Positions 27,405-41,100 of a DNA stretch of 64,000 bases are shown one piece after another (the stretch's first letter is position 1; each line of letters starts with the position of its first letter). A program made the position numbers and the translations under genes. The notes below the pieces were generated by a model. The model was not told the origin of the DNA. It saw only the letters and a list, made by a program, of their open reading frames with translations, and made no database searches. Source of the stretch: Lytechinus pictus (taxonomy: Eukaryota); NCBI RefSeq assembly GCF_037042905.1, contig NC_087246.1, positions 20,150,001 to 20,214,000 of the forward strand, in the 5' to 3' direction.

Positions 27405-28346
27405 ATCTACCCCCTGGACATCCACCCCCCGGACATCTACCACCCGGACATCTACCCCCCGGACATCTACCCCCCGGACAAGTACCCCCCGGACATCTAC
27501 CCCACGGACATCTACCCCCCGGACATTTACCCCCCGTATCCAAAATATCCGTGAGTAGATGCCCGGGGGTAGCCTGTCGGGGGGGGGGGGGGTAAATGTC
27601 CGGGGGGTAGATGTCCGGGGGGTAAATGTCCGGGGGGTAGATGTCCGGGGGGTAGATGTCCGGGGGGTAGATGTCCGGGGGGTAGATGTCTGGGGGGTAG
27701 ATGTCCGGGGGGTAGATGTCCGGGGGTAGATGTCCGGGGGGTAGATGTATCATGTACGGGGGGTAGATGTCCGGGGGGGTAGATGTCCGGGGCGGTAGAT
27801 GTCCGGGGGGTACTTGTCCGGGGGTTAGATGTCCGGGGGGGGTAGATGTCCGGGGGGTACTTTTCCGGGGGGTAAATGTCCTAGGGGGTACTTGTCCTAG
27901 GGGGTAGATGTCCTAAGGGGGTGGATGTCCGGGGGGTGGATGTCCGGGTGGTAAATGTCCGGGGGGTAGATGTCCGGGGGGTAGATGTCCGGGGGGTAGA
28001 TGTCCGGGGGGTAGATGTCCGGGGGGTAGATGTCTGGGGGGTAGATGTCCGGGGGGTAGATGTCCGGGGGTAGATGTCCGGGGGGTAGATGTATCATGTA
28101 CGGGGGGTAGATGTCCGGGGGGGTAGATGTCCGGGGCGGTAGATGTCCGGGGGGTACTTGTCCGGGGGTTAGATGTCCGGGGGGGGGTAGATGTCCGGGG
28201 GGGTAGATGTCCGGGGGGTACTTTTCCGGGGGGTAAATGTCCTAGGGGGTACTTGTCCTACCTAGGGGGTAGATGTCCTAAGGGGGTGGATGTCCGGGGG
28301 GTGGATGTCCGGGTGGTGGATGTCCGGGGGTGGATGTCCAGGGGGT
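27405..28346. mobile_element. Foldback element made of 15-bp tandem repeats (GGACATCTACCCCCC) in inverted arms
   Basis: C-rich arm at 27405-27536 and G-rich arm at about 27556-28346 ending GATGTCCGGATACGACTCC. Variant units at the outer ends mirror each other. The left end appears truncated and no TSD is visible. Confidence 0.8.
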
Positions 28347-29161
28347 AGATGTCCGGATACGACTCCGGTAAGAAGAAGGACGTGACAAAAATAATTATCT
28401 GCCAAGCCAGTCACTTTTTAGAGTGCAGGGGGGGGGGCTTAGACAAAAAGTGGTATAATTTAAAAAAATCTATGTAGTTCCTCCTCTTCAATGATTCTTG
28501 ATCTTTGATCCTTTTTTTCATCACCTCATGCCTATTTGTTTGTGTTCTCCTTTACCCCTCTCTTAATTTATTTCCCATGACCCCGTTCTTTCTTTTACTG
28601 CTTGAACAAAAAGAACAACAAAATCTTACGGGGGCAGTCCCTGCCCCCTGTATCACCGCCCCTTTTTATATATAAATGTATCAAACAACAAAAAGAGGCC
28701 TCGAACATATGTAAATCTGAGCTGAATCCAAAACAACATAAACTAACGAACCAAAGTATAAACGGGGTATAAACTAATTAGCCAAGACAAAGAGTATATA
28801 GATTGGCCCATTTGCTCCCATTGGCTTTTAGCTGTGTATATTTTTTCTTTCATTCATTTTCTGACTTACCTATTTCTGCCTAGAATGTTTCATATACTAA
28901 ACGGAACCAATGAGTACCTGATGTTATAGGACTGCCATATAGTTGACCCATGACCCATGATCCATATTACAAAACAAAACAAAAACAAGTAATGAAATGT
29001 TTGCTGCTTCATCACGAGCCCAATTCATGAGCGCTAATGATATGCCTATACTTTTTAAGCCACTCCCCCTTTTGGCTTCTTGGCTAGGCTACAGGTAGTA
29101 CAGTTGTCTCGACTCGGTTTCTTAATTCTTTGTCTAAAATTAACAAGATTTTACAAATAAA

Positions 29162-32100
29162 ATGACAGCTAATACAAGATTGCCGGTAACTCGCAGAGCC
29201 CTGGTTGTTCCAGAATTAGATGAGCTTTCAAGAGGTGAGTTTGAAAATGATATTATATTTGTGAACTGTATCGAAATTGCCGATAAGCTTCATTTATCAG
29301 TCCCATACGTTGTAAATCTTGTTGGCACTTGTTAGGTCGATTACTATTAGACTTCTCAACAACAATACCAACATTTGCATTGTCATTGATTCGACAGGCA
29401 GTACTAACATGATCTATGTTTATTGCATGTATTTTTGTGTTAAATTCCTGTGTTGCGTGTGAAAGATGGGCCTATCAAAGTGTTATTTTGGACATGTGTT
29501 AATATGGGATTTTGCACGTAAGTAAAAGTAAGGGAAAATAAACAGCCTTTTTGCCCTAAATTTTGGCTTTGCCTTTGCCTTAATTTGGTCTAGACTCTAG
29601 TCTTGAGGACTCCATGATGATTACTATTTAGATATACTTCTTCATTATTTGAGTCTTAAACCCATGGTCATATATGTATAACTATTAAGAGACCCATGTA
29701 AACAAAGATGGATTTCCCTAGGAAATCCATCTTTTAATATAAGAGTCACGTAAAATGTGTTGATTTTATTAATTTCTACGCCTAATGCGTAGGAAGGTTT
29801 AAAAAAATGGTCACTAAAAATATTTCAAAAATGAAGGTTTCTTACCAGACTGATCTCGTGTAGATCCCTCGATCCACATGTACACAACGCAAATACAATA
29901 GTAGGGTGTCTGAAGCCACACTGAAAAGTGTCAGCATAAAACAGGCTGATTTAGGGGAAAATATGGCACATTTTTTCGGGGAAGTTCAGGCTACTAGAAA
30001 AATGTGATCTGAATTGATTATTAACTTGTGTTTGGCATGTATGGAAAGAGAAAATTCAGGGGCTTCTTTTGACAGTAAGGACAAGTTTATATGATCATTT
30101 TGAATAAGGATTTAGAGATAAATTGCAAACCCTTATTTTTGTGTGTGTTGAGATTGCCATTTCTTCATGCGTTTTCTATGGGAAAATGAAATTTCTATTT
30201 TGCACAATTTTTTTCACTTTGTCGCAAGTTTTCATTGTGATCTGGTTTACAAATCTTTATAAAAATCATACCATCGGATAGAGCATAAAAAATCCTATTG
30301 GACTCTTTATGGACAAGTTTTTGGCATTAATAATAAATTCATAGTTCAGCTCTCGGAAGCTAAAAATTTGGATTTGTGTGTGTCCATTTCTTAACTACAC
30401 AGTCTATGGCAGAGAAATGCTGAAAATTGACCTAATTTCATTCTTCTTTTCTGCAGCCAATAATTTGATTTTTTTTCAAAAATGTTACATTTCTGTCAGT
30501 CTGAAGGTCATTTCTCTTCAAATTCACAAAGAAAATGTGATATTTTCTTGAAATAAGAAAAATAATTTTTTTCTCCAGACACCCTAACAATAGGGTCGAC
30601 CCTTGAACCGCTTACATATGACATACATCCGGCTAGCGCGATGCCGTTCTGAAGAACAATTTATAGATAAAAATTATTTTTTCACAAATACTAAAATTTA
30701 ATACGTGATTATAAATAATTAGAGTAGTATTATGCTAATTATTTATAATCACGTATCAAATTTTAGTATTTGTGAAATGACTCGCACTGATTACTGATTA
30801 AGCACTCTACTACTACTAGGGGGCATTGGGACCTCAGTAAGGTTGAAAAAAGCTACCAGAGTAGTCAGAATTTCAAGCACCATTGTACAAAATCCACAGA
30901 TATTTTATAGGCCTAGGCTAGCCTTCACTTGAGGACTCCATGATGATGTTTTTTTAATATTTTGACATATACTTCTTCATCATGGAGCCTTGAACCGCCT
31001 GCCATATATGTATAAGAGACTCACCAAAACAAAGATGCATTTCCCTAGGAAATCCTTTTTTTAAGATAAAAGTCACGTAAATGGTGGTGATTTTATTTAT
31101 TTTTACACCTTCATACGCCTAATGCGTATGAAGGTTTCCAAAATTGGTTAATGAAAAGGCGAAAAATTGAAGGTTTCTTACCAGACGGATCTCGTGTAGA
31201 TCCCTCGATCCGTTTGTCAACAAAGCAAATACAATAGGTCTGACCCTTGAACCGCTTCGTTATGACGTAGCTACGATTAGCGATGTTACAAAATTCAGTT
31301 TTGAAGAACAATTTATAGATAAAAATTATTATTTAACAAATACTAAAATTTAATACGTAATTATGAATAATTATTATTATTATATTAATTATTCATAATC
31401 ATGTATTAAATTTTAGCATTTGTTGAATAATAATTATAATTATTCATAATCACGTATTACATTTTAGTATTTGTTAAATAATAATTTTTATCTATTGTTC
31501 TTCAAAACGGCATATTGTAACATCGCTTATCGTAGCTACGTCATAACGAAGCGGTTCAAGGGTCAGACCTATTGTATTTGCTTTGTTGACAAACGGATCG
31601 AGGGATCTACATGAGATCGGTCTGGAAAGAAACCTTCAATTTTTCGCCTTTTCATTAACCAATTTTGGAAACTTTCATACGCATTAGGCGTATGAAGGTG
31701 TAAATATAAATAAAATCACCACCATTTACGTGATTTATATCTTAAAATATGGATTTCCTAGGGAAATCCATCTTTGTTTTGGTGAGTCTCTTATACATAT
31801 ATGGCAGGCAGTTCAAGGCTCCATGATGAAGAAGTATATGTCAAAATATAAAAAAAAACATCATCATGGAGTCCTCAAGGCTAGGCCTAGGCCCTAATGA
31901 ATTTTTTATTTTTTTGATTTTTTTAAACTAATTTGTGATATCTAATCTGCATTAAAAAAATAATTAATTTCACTCAAAACTAACTAACATAACTAAAAGA
32001 AAAAAAAAATCACTTGACAATTCAGCCCGGGACTGGTCTTGTCGCCATCATTGTGTGAATTTGTGTGTTTCTGCGAGTGTCGACTTTCTACAAATGTAGC

Positions 32101-35100
32101 ACTCTGTACATGTAGATGCGCTATTGCTGCCTATTATGTTTTGACCTCATTGCCATTGATAGTATGATACTAGGGCCCGTATTACGAAGACAGTTTAACT
32201 TAGAAACGTGGTCTAACTCTGTGCTAAAATTATGGGAAGCCAAAGATGTCAAAATTTTGTATTTTATTTCATGTTTTTCATGTTTACTGTGCTCCTCCCT
32301 AATTCTTTAAAGGTATTCTTTAAAGGTGAAGACAAATATCTTATTTGTCTTTCCCATACATTAAGAATGATTTGAGAGTCAATGAGCTGATACATTTGAA
32401 CCTCTATTAAAGAATTATGCAACTATTGGCTATCCATAGTTAAACCACAACTTTAAACCAGAGTTTAGATTAAACCCCACTTCAGAAGATGAGTGTAATT
32501 AAGTAAAAATTTGCTGTTTATCACATTTGCTAAAAAAATAAAACATCTTTAGTTCAGATATTTTTCTTAAATTTTGCTACTTCATTCCTTTTGTTTGTCC
32601 TGCTTAATTTTGTCTTGTACTTATGATGCTTCTAGTATTATAGAACAATCTGACTAAAGACAAATTTTGGAAAGGAAATTTATTCTGTCTATTTCAGTTT
32701 TACAGGAGGGGCTGAAGATCTGTTTTGAGACGGCTGAGGTCAACGTAGTAGACTGTCCAGATTTGACCCAACAACCTTTCACCCTTGCAGCTCCAGGTGA
32801 GGAATATTTTGCGAGAATGGGAAAGACCGAACTTACATTGTGTGTAGTGTGCTAACCTTGCATTAGTGTGAGTGGGTACTAATGTGTAACCTGTGATTAG
32901 GATTTTAGGGTTTATAGCTCTAGATTATAAGGTTTAGGACAGAGTTTCAGATTTAATTGGAAGTTATATCTGGGTCTAGGTTATGGTATGTAAAATATAT
33001 GTATTACACCAAAGTGAGGTTCCTACTAACCTTGTATTATGAATGTGTTCCCTGAGGTAGCACCTGTGCAAATTGAATTACTGTATCATAGAATTGTGAT
33101 ATCAACATTGAAAGTATGTGCTTTTGATATTGCACATGATAGTAATGGAAATTGTCTCCTGTGTATTTATGAGTATTTTGGTATACTAACCTTGCTTAAG
33201 TGTGAGTTTATTATCTCATCACTGACTATTTTAAGTTTTTGTCATAGTTTCCTAACATTTTCTCATACATTGAAAAAATTATGTTCTCATTGTTCTGTTC
33301 ATATCAATTGCACAAAAATAAAACAGAATACGAACAGAAGGTGAAGCAGGCTCATAAATGTTCAGCTGAACATCTTGTACATGTAGCTGCTGGTGATGCT
33401 TTATTAGATGATGCTGCAATCTAGAATTCTTTCTTATTCTCGTTCAGTTTCATTTCACTTGTCTAATGATTAATTGATGCTTTGTGGAATGTTTGGATTA
33501 AATGCAAATAATTCTGGATCACTGGTGGATCCAGGGGGCACATCCAGCCCGTGCCCGCCCCCCTTTTGAGAGGCACAATTAAAATATGTAATGTAAAAAT
33601 GCCGTTAAAACAGAAGTATGCCCCCCCCCCCTTTCGAAAGTGAAGACCTTTTTTTTGCTTGTCAAATTTTCCGTGGACAAAATCCCCCTAATTTTTGGTG
33701 GAAACCCTTTTTTTTGCTTGTCAAATTTTTCCTTGGGAAAATGTGCCCCTTTTGAAAAATCCTGGATCTGCCCCTGTTCTGGATGTCTTCTGCATAGATA
33801 TGGTGTCAGGCCTGTTTATATTATTTGGCAGCCCTCTGATGAAATGTAGGGTATAGTTTAACTAAAATACAGTATAGTATTACCGAGTTTCACAATAATG
33901 TTGTATTGACTTTTTCTTATAATTTTAGGACTCTGTGGAAGTCCGCGGCTTGCTGATGTTGGGGGTGTACCTTACTTGGTTCCGTTGGCTCAGAAAGAAA
34001 AGGTAGGTTTTTTTTTAATTAAAAATTATAACAGCATTACAAAACTTGTAGAACCAATGGCAGCCATTGAACTTGAAACTTATTGTCCACACATAAACAC
34101 GTAATTATCCTGGGTCATGTTGCACTAAAACTAAACATTGATAATTTCCATTATTAAAATCCATGTTTTTATTGGCTGTTGAGCTTTGTTACCATAGCAG
34201 TTACCAATGGATGGCACAGTTACCATAAAAGTAACCTATGTAACAGCTCCTTCAAATTCACCTGGTTGTAGGAAGCCTTATGAAATCCCTTGACTCACGT
34301 TTAAAGATAAGAGTCAATTTTCTTGGATTGAGGTTCTTTTGTTACTATTATATTCTTCCAACATGTACAATAAGATAAAAAAAATGAGCTGATAATAGTT
34401 GTTTTTTACTTTCCCTGTAACTTGATTTTTCCTTTAACCTAGCTTGGTAAACTTGATTTGTTGTCTTGAATATCAAACCTGGCATGCATAAAAAAGTATG
34501 TATGAATGAATGAATGAATCTTTATTTCGTTTCAATTCCGATATCAAGCAACAACAATAACAACAGTAGATTATTGGGATACAAGTACATAGCAAAGAAC
34601 AAAAGTAAATAATTACAGGATAATATACATAATACATGCACTACTTTTTATGGAACATTAGTAACACCCATGAGAACAGACGGAAATGAAACGTGGTGAC
34701 CTACTAAGAAGCTTAGCTTGTGGGCCATAGGCCACCAGAATGTTAAAAAATTATATTAGCAATCATTTTAAAACATCATAGAACAAGCAAACAAAAAATT
34801 TGAGTAAATAACCAAAGTACAGATATACATATTTACAAAAGATACACTAAAAAGTAACAAAAAGGTGAAATGCAGAATGCAAACATTCTATTAGACCTAA
34901 AGTATAAGAATCTAAAATTCAAAAAGAAGAAAGAAAAGAGGAAAATATAAAGAAAATAGGCAGAGCTCTATTTTTGCATAGATAATTGTGGGAAGAATAC
35001 AATTTATAAAGTTAGACGAGATATAACAAGCAGGCATTCGTTTACTGATTTAAGTATTTCTTCAGTAAATCGGTCTTCAACTTGTTTCTAAAAACACTAA

Positions 35101-38100
35101 GGCTAACTGTTTTCTTCAATGAAGAAGGAAGGGAGTTCCATAATTTTGGCCCTGTATAAACGAATGTATTTAGCCGAAAACTAGTTTTGACCAATGGCAA
35201 GTGGAGAAAAGAAACTTGTCTTGTATAGTAAGAATGGATTTGGTCATTTCTAACACATAATGAATCAAGGGCAAGTGGAAGTTCTCTTTTATTTAATTGA
35301 TACATAATGCAACCAAGGTTGAGATCAAATATGTCATGTAAATTAAGGAACTTGTTTTCATAAAACAAAATATTTGTGTGAGATCGTGAACTTACTCCAC
35401 ATACTAGTCTAATTACCCTTTTCTGGACTTTAAATAACCCATCTAAATGAACTTTAGCAGCGTTACCCCAGGCAAGGATGCAATAATTCAAGTAAGGCAA
35501 AATGAGAGTTGAGTACAACATGCATAAAATATTTTTTGGGAATATACTCTTCAATGAATTAATGACTTCTGAATTTCTGGAAAGAAGTTTACATAAATAA
35601 GATATGTGAACTTTCCAATTCAGCTTACTATCAATGTGTACCCTAAGGAATTTTGTACTCAAGACTTCAGTAATCTGAACATCACTGATTGTAATATTAT
35701 CTGGCAATGTTGCTAGGGTGTTGCTGAATAACATGTAGTTTGTTTTAACAAGATTTAAGGAAAGCCTGTTAGCAATGATCCATTTGTTAACAGAAATCAA
35801 TTCTGAATTGATAGTTTGCAATAAATTGCAGGGGTTCTTTTCAGAAAAAAATATGCTTGAGTCATCTGCAAACAGGATAAATGAAAGGATTTTTGAAGAC
35901 TGAGGGAAATCATTAATATATATGAGAAATAAGATAGGTCCAAGGAGTGAACCTTGTGGCACTCCGCATGTAATTGACTGCATAGAAGACTTAAAGGGGA
36001 ATCCAACCCAAATAAAAACTTGTTTTTATAAGAAAAAGATAAATCAGACAAGTTGATATGTGAAAGTTTGAACAATATTGAACAAACAACAAGAAAGTTA
36101 TGAATTTTTAAAAGTTGTAAATATTGGTAATCACTATATCATGGAGACTTCAAATTGGCCACATATGGGATGTCATAGTGATGTAAGGCAAGGACTACTC
36201 TTCCATGTACTCCACTACATATTATGGCTAAAATGTCATTTTTCCGAAAAGTTTTAATTCCAATTACATTTTTCTTTCATGAGGACATTAAACAATATAC
36301 TACCTGGGTTATATTTAGTTTACTGCCCCAGGGGAATGGGTACTGAGGAGAAAACCACAAAATCCTGATAATAAAGTACATGGCCTATGGGAAAGTTGTC
36401 CTTGCCCCTTGTCATAATTTACTTACCCAGTTGCCAATTTGAAATCTACATACTATTAGTGATCCCAATTTTTAAGCAGCTATAACTTTCTTATTGCTTG
36501 TCCGATTTCTTTCAAATTTTCACCATTCTGTTTAATTTATTTTTCTCCTTCCCAACACAACATTTTATGGCCAAGGCTGGATTCCCCTTTAACACCATTT
36601 AAAAAAACAAACTGTTTTCTATCAGAGAGGTAGCTCTTGAACCACTCCAAAACCTTACCCCGGAATCCATAGAAAGATAGTTTATACAAAAGGATGTCAT
36701 GGTCAATTGTGTCGAAGGCTTTGGAGTAGTCTAGGAATATACCGACAGTATGTAGCCCATTATCTTTTGCGGAAGAAATTTTGTCAATAAAATGTAACAG
36801 AGCATGAGAGGTGGTATGTTTTTCACGAAAACCAAAATGTTCAGGAGCGAGAATATTATTAATTTTCAAAAAGTCATAACACGAACAGAAATTATCTTTT
36901 CAAGAATTTTAGAAAAACATGTAAGAAGAGAGATGGGCCGGTAATTTCCAATTTCCTGAGGGTTTCCCTTTTTGTAAATCGGCACAACTTTGGCTATCTT
37001 CATACTCAAAGGAACGATTCCATATACAATAGATAAATTGAATATATGAGTAATAGGAGAAACAATAACATCAATAACTTCTTTAATAAGCTTATTAGAT
37101 AGGCCATCATACCCAGCAGCCTTATTTGTTTTCAAATTATGAACAATGTCAATCACTTCCTTTTCAACGACAGGAGTAAAGAAACATGAACAGGGAAGTC
37201 GATTACCAAGGTAATCATGGAAGAGTTTTTGACTTGCGGGAAGACTAGATGACAATTTATTTCCTATTGATGAGAAGAATTGATTACAAGCGTTACTCAT
37301 TTGTACATGATCTTCAGTCAAAACCCCATCAACTAAAAGTTTAGAGGGACCCTGACTCTTTTGTTTTGAATTTAGCGTTTGTCTTATAATTTTCCAGGTT
37401 CCCTTCATATCTTTGAAGACTGACTTAAACTTTTCATCATAATATGATTTTTTAGCGTCTCGTAGTAAAGATGTTAAAATATTCCTATAGCAAGAGTATT
37501 TCTGCTTCGCTCCTAATGTTCTCCTTAGTTTAAACTTACAAAATAGTTTATTTTTCTTGTTGATACATTTCAATAAAGATTTTGATACCCAAGGCATCTG
37601 AGGATGTTTTCTTCTATCTTTTTGTTTCTTGCTTAGGAGAGGGAAATTCTTTTCATATAGAGTCGTCAACAATGAAATGGAAAGTAATTATGATTAATTC
37701 TGATTTTCTATTGCTTTATTCCAGAAAAGGCATGACATTATTACAAGTCTGTATTTTCTTTTGGTTTATACAGGATATAGGAAGTTATTTGTCCTCAGTT
37801 TATAAATAAATATCCTGTCTAATATCCTTTCACCAGCTTGATTGAAGGGAATCTCAGTAGTTGGAAAAATTAAAACAATGATTGTCAGGTTTCATCTTTC
37901 ATCGTATCTCCATCACTTAATATATCTTTTGATATTCATTTTCCAATGAACAGAAATATAACTTGGATACAGTTGCTGAACATGTTGATCTTCCTGGAGC
38001 ATTCATGCTTGGTGCTGGGGCTGGTCCCTTTGATACAATTGGTACAAATAGTGAGGTAAATGAACAGATGGTGTTTCACAAAACAGTTCTTAAGTTATGC

Positions 38101-41100
38101 ACAACTTTATGCTTGGCAGTTACCTGTTCTTATGCTAAAAGAGATTACCCAAAATGTCCCTCGGGGAATATTTCATGAAAAATCTTGTCAATGAATTTCA
38201 CTGACCAATTTGCTTAGAGCAAATAACAGATCTATGCTAGAATTTCAGTAGATTATACCAAGGAGGGTTCACTTAACCAAATAGTCAATGACAAGCACTT
38301 TTTGTTTATAATGAAATTCTACCTGTTCTTGTGTTAAAAAGAAGATACCCAAATTCCCCCCTGGATTTTCAATAAGTGTTACTGGTTTATCTGAGACCCT
38401 AATCGGAGTTTAGAAAATAATATACTGCATCCAGATGCCTGTTCAGAGCTAGAATTCAAGTCTACTGAGATCGGATTTCAACTTGAGCAAAGGGGAATCA
38501 AAATAATTGAGAATTTATTTTAGCACCAGAGAGCACGTTTTAATTATGTGTAAAGTTATGCATATGTTTCGAACAATTTACTTTAACACCCGCTCCCATC
38601 CATGGTCAAACGGACTTTTGAGGGATAGGGGTTATACCTCGTTTTCTGGACTTGTCTCATTCTTGAATTTCAAGGTCAAGACATCTTTGAGCATAAATTT
38701 GCCTAGTAAAGGGATAAGATAATTAGCCACCTATAGTTGACCACTGATCCAAACTACAGTTTTACTAAGTACATCCTGGCTTGTGAATTTAAAGCCTGGG
38801 TTTCAATTGAAAGGCTGATTTGTGTAAAAGAATAAAGGAATAGTTGCTGTTATATATTTCTGGTATTCATGACAGGAATATATTTGAGGGGTGAGATAGT
38901 AATTTGTTTAACAAAATCATAAGGTATGGATATTTTTAATAAATGGTGCTATTTAATGAGAATATTCTTTTTAAACCCGACACAAATGTGCCCGGACATT
39001 AGACTCCCAATCCTAATGTCTGATCCATTCAAACATTTGATATATCCATTTGACTTAATGTGATTACAGATGATAACGAATATCAGAACCAAGTCAGCTG
39101 ACCAAGAGGGTGACAATCAGACTCGTATCTCATTGATCATTCCGGAAGATGGCTCCTTCTGTCTCAAGAACAGTCCATGTAGAGATTTCCAGCTCTTGGG
39201 GAACTTTCTGGCCACTGAAGGAAAACCAGGCAAGGTAAATATTGTCCACCTGTCGACGAAGACAAGAAAATGGATGTTTTACTTAAATTTTTGCATAGTT
39301 TAAATTCTGAGCTGATTTTGGTATCCAATTCATCAGTTGGTCACGTTAATTACGCATTATTTGGCAACAACATTGTTACATAACAATAATTCTCAGTAAG
39401 AATTTGGCTTATCTTTGGCTTACTTAATTTAACTAAATAGAAATTCCTTAATATTTCTTAGCCAAGTAAATACCTAAAAACACCTACACTTCATTTGAAT
39501 ATTGATTTGAATACCATAAAGTTTTGCATGACTTAATGAATGATTGGCGTATGAAGCACCTTATCTTGAGCCTGATGTTTTTTTCTCATATATGACTTTG
39601 ATTAAGTTTTTTCATTAATGCTAAAAATATATGTTGTGCTGAAAATTTGTTTTGATAGTAAAATGTTAATATCTGCATTCTGCATATGTTCAGTGCCATA
39701 CTTGCTGCCATTTTCAATAAACAGATTGAAGACATAACATATCAGTGACGCAACTTAGGTTAGAGTGGAGGCGTGATTCCTTGGTCGATAGAGCGCGGGT
39801 TTCGGATTCCAGTGCGCTGCGCTAATGCCCTTTGGTAAGGCCATTTATCATCATTATCAGGTCCCTCTGAGATGAACTTTAGTCCTTGGGTTGCTTGCTT
39901 GCTTACAAGTATTCATGCTTTCGTATTAATCAGGTAAAAATTACCACCAAGAATTGGGTATATCATCACTTGGCTGTGTTCATGAAAATGCTCTGTATCC
40001 ATGATTTCATAGGCCTTTTGTTCAAACCACTAAGCCAAATTAGAAAGTTAGAAGGGAAACATGCACATCCCATAAACAAGTAAAATTAACAAAGCAGATT
40101 ATTTTCGGGCGACTATTAGTGCATCTGTTTAACTTTTTATTTCATGTGAAACTGGAGTTTAGATTGGGTGCACTATTTTTGTTTATATGACACTTAGATA
40201 GATCCTAGTCATATGATTGCTTGGTCAATATCAGTCATTCAGCCCATTTTACAATGACGTCATCAAACATGCAATTTTAGATCCATTCATCATGCAATTT
40301 TGGATCCATACGATTTTGTCCATCGCACGCGCACACCCAGAATGCAGGCACCACTTGTGTTTGCAGTACGCCTGTTGTATGTACACGATAAACAACAGAC
40401 CAAGCTCCTTGCACTGCATGAGCAAATTTTGCATCAAAATTCACAAATTTCATATGAAAAAGAATATTTCTAGGTGTCATATAAACCAAATAATGAATGT
40501 TCTTTTCATTCGTGCAATAGACAGAATGCTTCATTCAGTGAAAGATTAAATGAATGGATCATTTCATCTTTCACCTCATGAAATATTCTGTCCATCGCAC
40601 TCATTAACATTCATTATTTGTATATTATACCATTTATCTTTTACAGTAGTATAGTAAGTAGTATGATTTTCATCCTATTTGATACCAGGTCCTGGAGGTG
40701 AAGTGCCAAGCTAGACGAGGCCCTGATAACTTTGTGTCCGTGATGAGATACATTCTCCACAAGCATTATGGGAAGGACAAGTTTCTTGGTTTAGGAGGTG
40801 TGTTTCTCATCGAAGAAGGAAAGGCCAAGATACATATAATGGTATGTGACATTTCATGGTACCAAATTTGAATATTGGATGGTCAAGACATGATATAGCT
40901 TTGCAATGCATTGTGCACTCATCAGATAATGATGCGCAAGAGGGGTAGTTTACAATTTTTCAAATAGTGGACAAACGTAGGAGAAAAAGAAAAAAGGGGA
41001 GAAGGAAAAATGTAGAGCATCAGAAAGAGAGGTATCGGCCTTGTAAACCTATATTACTGTTGTTATTTAATTGAGAGAAGAAATTATGTCACCTTTTAGT

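Noticed and set aside
27397-28348. ORFs encoding (PPDIY)n or (GGRCP)n repeat proteins
   Set aside because: They are translations of the 15-bp repeat, with frameshifting unit-length variants, no splice context, and an inverted-arm structure.
35042-37672. Active or domesticated reverse transcriptase gene
   Set aside because: It is 5'-truncated, frameshifted and MITE-interrupted, with substitutions at conserved glycines (for example FLRV for FLGV).
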